Virus record (IMG/VR): IMGVR_UViG_3300035498_000621
Location: 64,001 to 128,000 of that record
Origin: a virus
Taxonomy: Duplodnaviria > Caudoviricetes
Length of the DNA: 64,000 nt
Reading direction: 5' to 3' (one strand)
Below the pieces are notes generated by a model, which was given only the letters and a program-made list of their open reading frames with translations, ran no database searches and was not told the origin of the DNA. Both the position numbers and the translations under genes were made by a program. This document shows positions 37,845 to 51,814 of this stretch, one piece after another; the stretch's first letter is position 1, and each line of letters begins with the position of its first letter.

Positions 37845-40800
37845 TTATGCATAGCTTGCAGAATATAATGTTTTAATAGCATTAATTATTGCTAAATCTT
37901 CACCACTATATCTGATTCTAATTTTAATAAATTTATCTTTTAATTTTACTTCTTTATTATTTTTATCAGAAATATTCCACTAAACAATATTTCTTTCCCA
38001 ATCATCAGGAAGATTAATAGTTTTTATATTTCCATCTTCATCATAAAGATCTTTAGGAGGGCTAAATAAATTACATTCAGACGGAACTAATTTCTTTTGT
38101 TTATTACCATAATAATTAGTCCAATCTTCTTGTTTTTCATTTTTCTATACAAGATTAATTGGATTTATTTGTACATCCCATCTATCTTCTTTATAATGCA
38201 TATTTCCTCTTATTCGACCACCTTTTTTAAAATCTCTAATATCTACAGCTTTAGCGTGATTCCAAATTCTATATTCATTTAAATTTTTATATCGTACAAT
38301 TTCTGCTCCTGCTAATGCTGAGAAATTTTTATCATTATTTCCATAATTATTCTATTCTCCATAAAGATGATAAGAATCTTCAACATCATTAATTTTATCT
38401 TGTCTAGCATAATATAAAGGAAATATTGTAGATTTTGCATAATAAGTATTATTATTTTCAATTTCTATAGGTGTGTCTTTACATTCACTATAATCATCAT
38501 TATAAACAATATCACTTCCATTATATGCATATAATTCTTTGGTTGCTTCTTGACGAATATACATATTTTTTTTGTCATTTGCAAAATCATAACAATCTCC
38601 AACAATTTCATAATGAAAAGATTCTGGAGAAGCATTATTGCTTATAATCTAAAGATTATCAAATATTTTATGAATTTGAGGATTTTCAGCAACAACAAAT
38701 TCAAATTCAAATGGATGTTGTTTTCCATACCAATATGTTGGAGCAATTTCATCAGCAATATCAATAATTCCTGCCTATCCATGCTTCCAAAAATCAGTAG
38801 TAAGAAATTGCTAATTTGATTTAGGAATTACAGCAATAACTGAATCATAATATCCACTATCAACATAAATTCTATTCGTATTACTTTTACCATATGCTTC
38901 AACTAATGATAATGGAGTATCAGTATCATAAGATATTTGAATATTTACTCTTACATTTAAAAGAATAACTATTTTATCAGAATTTTTTTGTTCGTTTAAT
39001 CTAATTTTACAACCACGTTCATTAGTTTTTATTTTTCCAGTAGAATCATCAGTTTCATATATTTCAGCACAAATATCATCATATTCACCAGTAAATATTA
39101 AATATGGAGCATCATATTTTTGTATTGTATTATTTCCCGATTCTTTATCATTAGTATCCACTTTATCGGAATCAATCAAATCAACATTTCCTAAATCAGT
39201 ATCAATTGATGAATCTATAGTAGGTATTTTTCTTAATGTAGAATTACTAATTGGATCTCCTTCATTTACAATTACAAAATTTTTATAATTTCCATAATTA
39301 TCTCTTTTTAAACTATATGTTTTTTTAATTTCAATACCATCACCTGTTGGTAAAGTTCTATTATCTAAATATAGTTTAGATTTCCAATTATTTCCAGTAA
39401 TTACATTATCTTCAAGAGTAATTCCATCAGAAAAATTATTACCATGATGACTTACTCCAAGTTTAGCAATCCATTTAGAAGTATTTCTATCAAAACTAAA
39501 ATACTAATTATATATATTTTCAGAATAAGATGGAATCCAAGAATAAAAAGTTATCCATTTCGCTAATCTTTCATTATAACATAAATTCCAAACTTTTTCA
39601 TTAAATCCATATAAATTATCATAAAATGTAAACATCACATCATCTTTAAACCTATTATAATGCGCTTTTACATTTCTAATTCCAATTATTGGTGTAAGCT
39701 CTCTTTCAGTAAGAGATATATTATTATTTAAAAATTCCTATACTTTAAAATCAGATATAATTTCCATTGCAGTTCCATCTGTTCTCCAAATTTTCTTTCC
39801 AATTGTATCAACACCATATACAGCTTTTGGAGTTTTAATAATAGATTCTTTCCACTAACTTCCAAAAACATCAGAAAGCACCTTTGGATTTTCAGGAAGT
39901 ACATTTGAAGTATTAATATAAACATATCCTCCTGTACCTTGTCCAGCTACAGCTCTTTCATTTACATTAATTAATAATACTCCATGTTCGCATATACATA
40001 ATAAATTACCTCGTAATTCTACTAATTTTGTAATAGATCCATATGTTTTAGGATAATCTCGATAATGCGTTCCCTAAAACACTCTAAATCCATTTTTAAA
40101 TGCATCAGTTACATGAACATCTGAATATGCTATTCTATTTGTAAAATCATTTTTAATGGCAGGAACGTCTTGAACTTCAAAATTATATCTTTCAGAAACA
40201 GATTTTTCAAATCCACTATTATGACATAATGCTTCAGGAACTTTATAAGCTCCATCTGGAGACATTGGTTGATATGGATAAAATCCTCTGTCATGCCCAG
40301 TTATTGCTGTTTCATCAGGAATTGAATCATCAATAGATCTAATATTTAAATTTTTAGTAGATCTAATTGTAATTGTTATCCACATTCCTAATTTAATAGC
40401 ATTAACATCTCCAAGATTTATATCTTCAAATTTTTCTTTATTAACAACTTGATCATTAACTTCATAATTATCAGCCCAACAATCAGGATCTACAATTTTA
40501 TCATTAGTTGGAGCAGATGGATCCTAGAAATTTCTATTTAATCTATGTGTAAATTGACAAATATAACAGTCTCCTCTATATAATATATTGTTAAGTTCTG
40601 TTTTATCATCTGTTGTTTCAAAATAATCATCATAAGATTTGCAAGGAATTCTTTCAGATATAGCATAAAATGAACTTTTATCATTATATCTAATTTTGAA
40701 ATATGATTCTAAATTAGATTCTGCGTATCCAGGAATTTTTATATCAATTAATTTACCACTATAAATATATCCCTTAGTACCTAAATATGGACCATATGAA

Positions 40801-43505
40801 CCTCTTACAAGATTTGTAGCATCTGTAATTTTATTTTCTTTTTCAAAATACTCAAATCTATAAGCTTCTTCTGCTTCTCCCGCTCTTGCAGAATATAATG
40901 ATTCATTTATTGAAACAAGTTTTGTATTGTCTTCAAGACCTATAATTTTAGTAGCATATAAATTAGAATTAGAAGGAGGATCAAATGAATTTCCTGACAT
41001 GTAGAAATTTCTTTCATCTTGAGTAAGATAATTCTAACTTGGCTAAAAATCAGATTCTTGTATTATAAAAGATTCTCCAGTAAATAATGAATTATAATAC
41101 GGATAATTTACATCATATTCTGGACAAATAGCACCTTCATTTCTAACTGAATTTGTATTATTAAATTTGTACAATCTGCTATCAAAATCATGTGTTAAAA
41201 TTTTTGAATTGTCTAAAAAACTTTCAGATACAAATTCATCTTTTCCAGATGGTATTAAAGGCGTTTTACTTTCTTTATCAATACCTATAGTATAAGCCTA
41301 ACAATAAATAGTTGGGATTCTTTTCTATCTTACAAAGAAAAATCCTTTAATATTTAATGTATTTTTAATATAATCAAGAACCTCATCAGTTGTTTCAATT
41401 TTAATTCCAAATACCTATTGTGCAGAAGATTTATTAGAATTATTCCAATTTAACTAAATAACTCCTTTGCTATTTTCAAATTGATGTGAAGATGACCTAA
41501 AGTCATTTTTTTCGCAATTTTTATATGAATCAACATCAGATATTATTTTATAAGTATCTTCTTCTGTCATAATATAATTTCTGGTTTTTCCATCTTGCTA
41601 ATACATTGGAATTTTTGAATATTCTGTATTATTAGTTACATTTTCAGTTCCACGTATATTAAATACTGGAGATAAAGTATTATCAGATAAAATATAAACT
41701 ATTCCTAATCTATATATTTCATGATTCCAATATCCTGTCTAATTATAAATATAATTAGAATCATAATATCCTTTAACCGTACTACTTATATTATAATCTT
41801 GATCAATTTGAACTTCATAATCAACATTACTTAACTAAGGAAAAAATCTTAATGATAAATCAGTTAATTCTTTATATGGAATATCTGGTTTATGAATATG
41901 CCCAATAAATAACATATTCTAACAACTAGCCTAAGTTTCAATTGAATCTGCTACTAAATAATATGGATTAATTTCTGTTAAAGGTATATCTGTTGTATTT
42001 TCATATCCAGTTATAACAATATTACATTTAAAATTATTATTTACAAGAAATTTCTATTCAATTTTTTTAGCAGTAACAGTAGCATTTTCTAAAATATCAC
42101 TAGTTGCTTTAGTATAATATACAGTTACATACTAATATGCACTGTCTATATTTGATAATAAAAACTAAACATTTTTATGTGAATTTTCATCTCTAAATCC
42201 AGTTCTACAAGAACCAGGATCTCCACCGATAAATACAGATACTAATCCAGATTCACATACAAAATCTGTTTCATTACCATCTGCATCTGCATATTTAAAA
42301 TAGAAATGATAATTACCAACTGATAACTATCCTCCATAATTTACTCCATAAAATTTTAATTTTGGAATTTCTATAACTCTTTTATAAAGAGATGTATCAA
42401 TATCAAATTGAGAACCCTAATCATATATATTAGTATCATTATCACCTTTTCTATCAACAATCTAATATTGATTTCTTTCAGTAGCACTAAATCTTGAATT
42501 AATTAATTTAGGCTAATTACTTCCATCATTTAAAATAAGATTTACAGAACCATCATAAGAATACTATGGTAAAATATCAACTGGATGATTAAGATCACAT
42601 TTTAATTCATCGGTTTCAAAATCTGCTAATTCTCCAGCTTCCATTAATACAGGATCATCTTGATCTTTTGGAATATTTTGCCATGTATTACCATAATTAT
42701 TTTTAATCCAATTTAAAGCTTCTTCATTAGTTGTAACATTTTCTGCTTTAATATTTAATTCATCAAGTAATTCACATGGAGTAAATAATCTATTTTTATA
42801 ATAATACATTGTTTGAGTTAATCTATAATTTCTAAAAGGATTATACTCATAAACTAAATTTCCTTTGCTTGGTAAAAGTTTAGCAATTACTCCAAAATTT
42901 ATTTGTTCTTCTAAAGCAGAATTAAAACTTATATTTTTAGTTTTATAATCTGATGAACTATATATATATTCTTTATCATCACCATCAATTATAAATGAAT
43001 TTCCAGCCTAAACATAATCACCAAAATCAACAGATAAATCAGAATCTTCAAGTTCTTCATCTACAGAAGGAAGATTTGGATTTGAAGGCTAAGTATCTTT
43101 ATCTGTATTATCAGTAGAATTATTAGATGAATTATCAGAAGAATCATCTTTACCTAAACTATCTTTTCCAGATGATGCTTCACTTGATTCTTCTGCTTTA
43201 TTATCATTTTTATCTACATTACTTAAATCAGTATTTTCTAAAGTTGTATCTTTATCTGTATTATCAGTAGAATTATTAGTATTTGATGAACCAGAAGATT
43301 TTTCATCAGTATCTACAGCAAGATTATTATCTAATTTATCTACATTACTTAAATCAGTATCTGTAGAATTATCCGTTGATTCATTTTCATTTGATGATCC
43401 TGTATCATCTGTATCTACTTTTAAACTTGAATCAATACGATCTATATCACTTAAATCAGTATTTTCAAGTTCACTTCCATCGATAGTATTCTAAATTTCT
43501 GACAT
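37845..43505 (-). CDS. tail stabilisation / muzzle-like protein, C-terminal-part homolog (1886 aa, code 15)
   Basis: Five fragments in frame; YGSITKLVELRGNLLCICEHG, FGSQWKESIIKT..YGVDT..KKIWR, C-terminal KIRIRYSG...TLYSASYA, recognised as crAss stabilisation-protein-like. Confidence 0.7.
43060..43480 (-). repeat. acidic Ser/Asp/Asn-rich coding repeats
   Basis: Exact 34-nt direct repeat at 43093-43126 and 43246-43279; three TDLS[ND][VI]D[KR] units. Confidence 0.8.
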
Positions 43506-43522
43506 AATTTTATTTATAATTA

Positions 43523-46500
43523 TTAAACTCTAGTATTATATCCAGAACCACCATAACTATTATTTCCACTAACCAATTTAAGCGAACTATTACCATTATA
43601 TAAACCATAATGTCCACTACCGTCACCAGCTTTATAAGTATAACTCCATTGCTAACTTAACAATTTAGCTTCATCAAAACATAATTCATTATTTTTTAGC
43701 ATTAATGCATCATATATAGGAAAAGTTACACCATCATTATTTTTATCACTAAAAGTTATAATAACTTTATCATCATCATTAATTTTTAAAGAAGATGTTT
43801 TATATAATTTTGAATTTGAATTTAATATTTCAAAATCTTTAGTATCACTATTATATATATATATTTTACCAGATGTTTTAACTTTTCCTGCTTTTTCTTC
43901 AGAATTATTAATATTAAATCGCCAATAAGAATTAATGCTATTCTTTTTAGCTTCAGTATATATATCATACAAATTACTAGTATCTAATTTAAATGTATGA
44001 TTAAATACATAATTTTGAGCAGAAAGAGATGTTTTCTTATGTAATAAATTATTATAATTAATATTTTTAAAATTATTATTAATTATATTACATAATCCAT
44101 TTAAAGTACAATTCTATTTAGATTCAAAATAATATGGTTTTAAATATAAAACAGTATCACATGTATTATTATTACTAGTAAATTTAGGCGTATAATGTAT
44201 ATTAAATGACCATGTTTCTGTATATGGATCAACATAATTAATATTATCAACTATGTATTTATCAATATTAGCAGCACTAGTATTTACAGTATAAATCTAA
44301 GATAAAAATGTTAATATAAAATTAGATAATTTAGTTGGAGTATATATATTATCTCCATCACTATTTGTATTAGATGAACTAATACTTTCATTTTTAAATA
44401 TTCCATCAGAATGACAATTAATAGGAATATAATGATTTTCTGATGATTTTACCCAAATTTCAAATCTTTTTTGCATATTAGCATCTGTACTAGTTTCGGA
44501 TTTTATATATACACCTTTAGGAGAAAATCCATCAGCATTACCTTCACTATGATAAAGTATTTGCATACATCCACTAGTTCCAAGCATCCATTGATTTAAA
44601 TAATTTGTATAAGGAGGAGTATCATCCCAATAATTAGATCTAGAAAATTCATCAGATGGATTCCAATCATCTTTTGTTGAAATATATTTATTAATAGATG
44701 CTAATGTATTTTCTGTTTCTTTAGAACTACTTCCAGATATATGTTGATAAAAACCAAATCCGAATGGATCACCTGCACCTATATCTCTATGTCTTTCTGT
44801 AAAGAAATATTTTAAAAGTCCAGATTTACTATTAAATCCATTACTAACTAAATCAGAATCTGTATAAATTATAGGTCTAATTTCCTAACCAACATTTATA
44901 GATTTTAATACTAATCTATCAGCATTAATTTTTGAAATGATAGCTCCTTTAATTGCAAGCTATAATTTCTAATTAGATATATTAAGAGCACTTATATAAA
45001 ATGAATCTTTACAATTTTCATCATAACTTGAATTTCCATTTATTAAATTATTAATTTTTTTACCTAATGTTTTAATATCAATATTTTTATCAAAATATGG
45101 TTTAACTAATTCTATTGAGTCATTTGTATATTTAGATGATTTTTCATAAATTACTGAATCATCAGATAATGATATAGATTTAGAATTATTAAGAGTTTCT
45201 TCAATTTGTTCATTTGCTGTTTTTATAAAATCTATATGATAATTAGTTAATCCAAATAATTTATTATATTTTGGAACAATATCAACATTAAATGTTACAT
45301 TATTTATTGATGTAGTAATATCATTAAAATCATCTTGCCCATAATTTACAGTTGTTATATTAAATCCTAATGAATCCTAACATGAATTTAATTCAGAATC
45401 TACCATTAAATTAGGAGTATAAGTATCTAAAGTTGCAATAATATTATCATTACAATTATTAGTTATATCAAATCCTACATAATTATCTAATTTTAATGTA
45501 TTAAAATCAAGTATATTTCCTTTAATAAATTCATCGTTAAATTGTCCAGTTGTATATAACCAACCATATGTATGTAAATAATATGGTTTATTAGATTCAT
45601 CTTTTTTACTATAATGTATGCATAAATTAACTAAATATAAATAATTTTTTAATATTGGCTATCCAGTTATTCTTGAATCACTTACAGCTGAATTTTTTAA
45701 TCTAATTATTTCTTGAAAATTTCCAGAATATGATTCTTTTCCAGAAATAGTATATTGTGATAATTGATAATCAAAAATTTCTCTACCTGAATAATAATCA
45801 GTATTTGAAGTTTTGATTACTCCTTTATTATAATTCTAAATAATACTATCGAATGGAATAAAAGTTAAAACAATTTTATCAATTTTTTCTTTCATTGCAG
45901 GATATACAGATAATCCCCAATTAAAATAAAATGATGATTCTTGAATATAATATCTCCATTCAGTTATTTTTGTCGCACTAGAATTAATTCCAGATCCAAT
46001 TTCTGCAAAATTAATCTAACCACTACTAGCTAAATATGGAATTTTACCAAATTTCATAGCTGGAATAAGAGTATAATCCCATATATAATTTTTTAATTCA
46101 TCGTTATTAGATGATGGATATGTAAATTTACCAACAATAGTTGAAATTGATTTATCAGTTCCATCATTTTTTCTATCTTCAATATTTTCCTAGGTTATAG
46201 TATATGCTGAATTTTCAAGTACATCTGTAGTAATCCCTTCGGATATTTGTGAAGATGAAATAATTGAATATTTTGGATTAATTGATTTATGATTACTAGT
46301 CCAATTTAAATAAAATTTAATTTGAACATCATTTTTTTCTATATTATCAGTATCAATATAATTAGATTTTATAATATCAGCATCCCATGAAACAGAAAAT
46401 GAATCAATTACTTTGAGTTCAAAAAGTAAAGCTAATTCTCCAGATACTTTACTTTTAAAAATATTATATGCAGATGATACCAATGATCTATAACTATCTA

Positions 46501-47221
46501 CTTTATTAGATATTGTTTCATCATCTGTTATATCATAATCAGATATATAATAATTTCCTTTATAATTATTACCTTTATCATCTGTTACATTTATTTCATA
46601 ATCCCATTTTAATGAATCATCAAGATATGTTATTTTACCATCATCTCCTAAACATACTACATGAATAGTTATATTTTTTGGATCATTATCAATTTTAGGT
46701 TCTTTAGAAGTAGAAGGTAAATCTGAAATACACTAAAATTTTACATTATTTTTAATACCATTATTAGTAGAATATATTTTATATTTATCTCCAGGATTTA
46801 ATATAAAATCATCATCGTATAGTTTTAATTTTACAATAACATTTTTTATTTCATTATTATTTTCATTAATAAAACTTGAATTAGAAATTATTGGATTAAG
46901 ATCCGATACTTCTTCTGTAGAAATATTTCTTTCTGGAGATGGAAAACTACCAATCTATGTTTTATTTATTAATGGATTATATGAAACAATATAAATAATT
47001 CCTCCTAATTCTGCAGTTCCAATTGGTACATAACCTTCAGGAAGATATGCAGTTTCAACTCTACCATTACCCATATCATTCTATAATACATATTCATTAC
47101 CATTATATGTAATTATAGTACCATTTAAACAATTTGTTAATACATTATTTGGAGTTGATAATGGATTTAAATCCATTACTAATCCTTCAGCAAAAGTATT
47201 ACTTGCTTCGCTTCTTTTCAT
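43523..47221 (-). CDS. tail stabilisation / muzzle-like protein, N-terminal-part homolog (1232 aa, code 15)
   Basis: MKRSEASNTFAEGLVMDLNP..PNNVLTNCLNG...NDMGN...QIGSFPSP; three fragments in frame; TAA 43525-43523. Confidence 0.7.
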
Positions 47222-47793
47222 AGAAAATCATATTTGTTTTCATATATTAATATATCTTTAAATTTTAGAGGTTCTCTTGTTATAATAAGTTCTGCTTTAT
47301 CTGTAATTAATTTTGGGACATAAAATTTAAAATTTATTTTAGATATATATGGAATTCTAAAAATATATCGTTTACCAAATTCTTTTATTTTACATTCATC
47401 TAGTATCTAATACATAAATACATTATTAAAAGTAAAATTCTTTTTAGGCCTTCCTTTTTTATTCTTTTGACTTATATAATTATTATATTGTTTATCAGTA
47501 AGAGCAAAATAATAATATCCGTCCCATTTTATTTTATTTCTTTTATACAATACTCTTAATTTTATTGATAATTTTTTAATATAATATAAGAAATACTATA
47601 TTGAATTCTTTTTAAGATGTCCTATATAACACCATAAATCTTTATCCTATATAAAAGTATCACCTCCATAACTATTATGTAAATATAATGATTTCCATCC
47701 ATAATTTAAAACATACTAAATATCCTTTTTTGGAACATTAGGAAAACGCTCATATAATTGTTCATAATAATCTTTAATTGTTTTAATTTCCAT
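47218..47793 (-). CDS. basic hypothetical protein (191 aa, code 15)
   Basis: MEIKTIKDYYEQLYERFP...; open with TAG=Gln; ATGA overlap with the next gene. Confidence 0.7.
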
Positions 47794-47794
47794 A

Positions 47795-48241
47795 TTAACA
47801 ATACTATTTTCCTTCGTTAGTATATTTAGTTATTTTATCCTTAAGATATTTATTAACATAAATAGTTTTTATTCTCGGATCTCGTTCTCCATACATATAA
47901 AGACCAAGTTCATGTCCAGTAAAATTAGAAGCTGTTAAACCTACATCTTTCCATTTACCAGCTTTTTTAAGATTCTTAAAATCTTCACCTCTAACTTTTT
48001 TCATGTGTATATCACATTTTCTTTTACCAGTAGGTAACTAAAAAGTTATGTTATTATCTATTACATCCTCTAAAACAATTTTAACACATTCCCTAAAAAT
48101 TTTTTTTGCTAGTTTATCTCGATGTGGATTATTATTAATTTTCTAACATTCTTTACAAGATATTTCTAGTTTATTACTAGGGAAATTCATAAACATTTCA
48201 TCCAAATTAAACGCGGCTCCAGTAGCCTAAATCATTGCCAT
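47795..48241 (-). CDS. basic protein, possibly IHF/HU-like (148 aa, code 15; alternative start 48235)
   Basis: MAMIQATGAAFNLDEMF...; includes fragment 47804-48004; position matches the IHF-like genes next to crAss tail genes (product call weak). Confidence 0.55.
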
Positions 48242-48263
48242 TATCGTATAAACTTTTTATATA

Positions 48264-48962
48264 TTATCGTATAAGTTTGTAAGATTTATTGTTCAGTTTT
48301 CTATCCCAACATGTTTTAACATCAAGAACTTCATCATAATCATTTTGAGTCCATTCATGATCAATTCTAGCCTAATCACATTGTACATTCCATTGCTATT
48401 TAAGAGCAGTAGCCATCTAAACAATTTGTGCATTATTAGTAAGTAGTCCTTCTTTAAATTTACTAACCCATGCACAATAAGTAGCTAATGCTAATGCTTC
48501 TTTATCAGTTATTTCAGGCAGTCCATTATCATCAAGAACTAATCCTCTATAAAGAATATTAATTTTTCCTCCTCCGTGATTTTCAGTAAAATGTAAAGTA
48601 TTTCCAACCCTTTCGTAATTAATAAATTTACCACGAGCATACTAAGGTTGCTAAAAATGTTTTCTTTCTTCTATATACTATTCTGTAGTAAATGAACCAT
48701 AACGTTCTGTTGGAGAATCATTATCAACATGTTGAAAATCTTCCCATTCAGAAGTTACTGCTTCTAATATATCACAATTACATGGAAGTTCTAATGATTT
48801 CTAGCATGGTTCTATACATGTACTATATCTATATAATTTACTTCTCTTATTTCCTATTAAATTCCATCCAACTAGGGCTATTTCTTCATAATCTTCTTCT
48901 TGTAAATTAATTCCATACATAGTTTCAAGAAGACTCAATCCGTAGTGAAAATCGTTTAACAT
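48264..48962 (-). CDS. tail tubular/ring protein (232 aa, code 15)
   Basis: MLNDFHYGLSLLETMYG...ELPCNCD..EAVT...LDDNGLPEITDKEALALATYCA...EVLDVKTCWDRK; TAATG overlap at the start. Confidence 0.7.
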
Positions 48963-49654
48963 TATCCTTCAGTATATTCTTGATTATTAGGTTTAAGAGG
49001 AGCTGCAAGCTACCTATAATATCTAAGTTTTTGTTCAGTAAGTCTTTTTTTAATTTCTTGATTTATAAATGATTTATTATCATCTTGTAAATCAGTACAA
49101 CAACTATAATTTTCAAGCTATCTAACATCTTTAAATATTGCAGATATAGAAACTGTACTTAACATTGGAGCATTAAAAACAAAACAATCATACATTCCAT
49201 TTTCATTAGGAGCTGTATCAATCCATACATATGGTTTATTTTTACCTCTTTTTCTATATTTATGATTTCTATAATTAGATAAAGAAGTATAATATACAAA
49301 TGGAAGTTGTCTATCTGCTGATCCAATGTAATCAATAGATAATGATCCAAAATCATTTACAAGCTAAGGAATTTCAAAATGTGCCGTAGGTGTAGAAAAA
49401 CATTCATCAACATTTTTGCATCTACATCTTTCTAAGTCTTTGCAATCAACAGAAATGCAATTGATTGATATATATAAATCTCTTGCTGGAAGTATTCCTT
49501 TAAGAGAGTATTCTTTCAAAATCTAAAGTCTCATATCTATTATGTCATCTTCTAATTGTTCTAAAGACATAGACATATTAGTATGATAACCACGTAGTCC
49601 ACTGACTACATCATTTCGTATGGCAGATGCCAATTTAGTTATTTGATTATACAT
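48962..49654 (-). CDS. tail ring/adaptor protein (230 aa, code 15)
   Basis: MYNQITKLASAIRNDVVSGLRG...SAIFKDVRQL...PNNQEYTEG; fills the gap exactly. Confidence 0.65.
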
Positions 49655-49665
49655 AACAATAAACT

Positions 49666-49697
49666 AAAAAAGGCAAGGCTTTGTGGGCCTCGCCTTT
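49666..49697 (-). terminator. intrinsic terminator
   Basis: AAAGGCGAGGC-CCACAAA-GCCTTGCCTTT-TTT downstream of the 49732 stop. Confidence 0.8.
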
Positions 49698-49731
49698 ATT
49701 TAACTTAACAATTATTTAAAGTTAGAGTGCC

Positions 49732-50694
49732 TCAATCTTTAGTAGGAATAACTTCCTCCCAAACATCAGCACCTGCTGCGTCTGCGAGTTTCTTAAGAGC
49801 AAGCTCTAAATTAACTTCAGTAGCAAAATCGCCATCTGTAGTAGTATCAAATCCTTCGGCACCATCAATACCAGTTTCAGTTAGAAGTGCATCATTTACA
49901 TAGAATACACTAGTTGTAACAGATTTAACTTGATGTCCTACAGCATTTAGTCCAAGAGGACCACGATTTGTGCAATAGTGAATAGTGAATTGAGTATAAT
50001 GAGCACCAGGAACAGGCATTTCATCCTGTTTAGGAGCAAATGCTTGAGTATGAGCATCTGTAGGAAGTTTAATATTTCTAAGAACCCATCCATAAGTTCC
50101 AAAGCCTTCTTGTCCTTCTTCTACTACATCAACTACACCATCAATTTCTTCCCATGCATTAGCAAATGGTTCTGCACCATCTACATATTTTTCTAATTTA
50201 ACAACATGGAAACGCTGGAATTCAGAAACAGCAGTTAGAACTAATTTAGTTCCACTAACAGTAGCTTTTACTACTTCTTTTTCAAATACTAGCAAACCAT
50301 ACTTTTTAATAACTTTAATAGCATTTTTCAAAGTATCGGTAGCATTTCCAAGCCAAGGAATTTCTACAGTAAATGGACGTCCTTTGAATTGAGTATCATT
50401 TGCATAATAAGAGCTTTGATCAGCTTGAGTAAGACGAATATAAATAGAAAGTCTTAGTGTATCTCCTTTAGTAAGACCTGTAATGGCATTAAAATCAATT
50501 TCTACTTGTGCCAATTTTGGTTCAGTATAAGGTGCTTTATAGATCTTAGTAACATTGGGGGCTTTAAAATTATTTACTCCTTTAATATGAAGAGTAACAT
50601 TGCCATCTTTGTCTTTACCTAATGACCACAATGCTTTATCAGTACTGAAGTCAAAATTACTATTTACTACGTGAGTTGTTGTAAAATTAAACAT
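49732..50694 (-). CDS. structural protein, probably auxiliary capsid protein (320 aa)
   Basis: Uninterrupted, TAG-free ORF; beta-rich with EGFGTYGW motif; lies after the MCP and ring genes and is followed by a terminator. Confidence 0.65.
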   Translation of the reverse strand: MFNFTTTHVVNSNFDFSTDKALWSLGKDKDGNVTLHIKGVNNFKAPNVTKIYKAPYTEPKLAQVEIDFNAITGLTKGDTLRLSIYIRLTQADQSSYYANDTQFKGRPFTVEIPWLGNATDTLKNAIKVIKKYGLLVFEKEVVKATVSGTKLVLTAVSEFQRFHVVKLEKYVDGAEPFANAWEEIDGVVDVVEEGQEGFGTYGWVLRNIKLPTDAHTQAFAPKQDEMPVPGAHYTQFTIHYCTNRGPLGLNAVGHQVKSVTTSVFYVNDALLTETGIDGAEGFDTTTDGDFATEVNLELALKKLADAAGADVWEEVIPTKD

Positions 50695-50706
50695 AATTAA
50701 TTAAAT

Positions 50707-51774
50707 TTATTTACTCGCCTTTGCGGTCGAGGTTGTTTGTGTCTATTGCTGAGTTGGATTTACAATAGACTGTGTAACTGGAATATGTGTCTGTAGTCGT
50801 GGATCAGCTGTGTTTTCCATAACCAAATGTACCAACTCATTTATAATCTCTTGACATACATAATCAGGAAATTCCATGATTTGTGATGTATCCTCTGTAA
50901 GGTCAACTTGTTCTTGTGTAAGTCTAATTGTCTAAGGAGCTTTAATATAATCAATAAATACTCTTTGTAATTCAAATACTGTATTATCTTTTCCGTAACG
51001 TATTTCACATCTAACTTTAGTTGGATTAGCATATCTCAATGCAGCAACTGTAGAATCTTGTAATGATACATCAAAATCATCACCATCACGATTCATAAGT
51101 GTAACTGTTCTCGGATATTCTGATTGACCAAGAACATCACCATCATTAGTATATGCCTAATCAGTACCAACATTATTAGTATATTTATTATCGGTATTAT
51201 TTTTATTATCTAATAAATAAGTAGTTTCTTGATATTCATTAGTTGGAAGATCAGACTACTAATTTATATTATGAATATAATAATAAGGACGTTCAGGAAG
51301 AGGTCTATTATAATAATCATTAACTATTATAGACCATGTATCAGCAGTTAAACGTTTAGCAGCAAACTAAACATAATCATCTTTATTATAGCATTTATAA
51401 TTCTTTTTTAATTTATAAATACATATACAATTCAACATATGTAAATAATCATCAGGTAAATTAACTTCATATGTTGCTCCAAATAATTTAGCATTACCAG
51501 CGCCCCATTTATCAATATTATTATTAGAAATTGCTGTATAATGATTTAAAATTGTGTCAACAGAAGTTTGTGTAACTGGCAATATAGTTGTTGCTTTTAA
51601 TACCCTGAGATCATCAGTAGTTTGCTGATTAATATCATAGATATTATAACGTTTATTTATATATTGATTAATAGCTTTATTGAAAAAATAATTAAAATCC
51701 TACAGAAGCATGCTAGGAGCATTAACTTTACTTAATTCAGTTAATAACCCTTCAAAAACTTGTCTAGCGGTCAC
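50707..51774 (-). CDS. conserved crAss-like ring/neck protein (355 aa, GTG start, code 15)
   Basis: MTARQVFEGLLTELSKVNAPSMLLQDFNYFFNKAINQY...QTTDDLRVL...DYIKAPQ...EFPDYVCQEIINELV. Confidence 0.75.
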
Positions 51775-51814
51775 GTTATAATAATTTTTCTTTTATAATT
51801 ATATTATCTAGTCA

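Noticed and set aside
43060-43480. CRISPR array
   Set aside because: Repeats are few, irregularly spaced and in frame within a coding region
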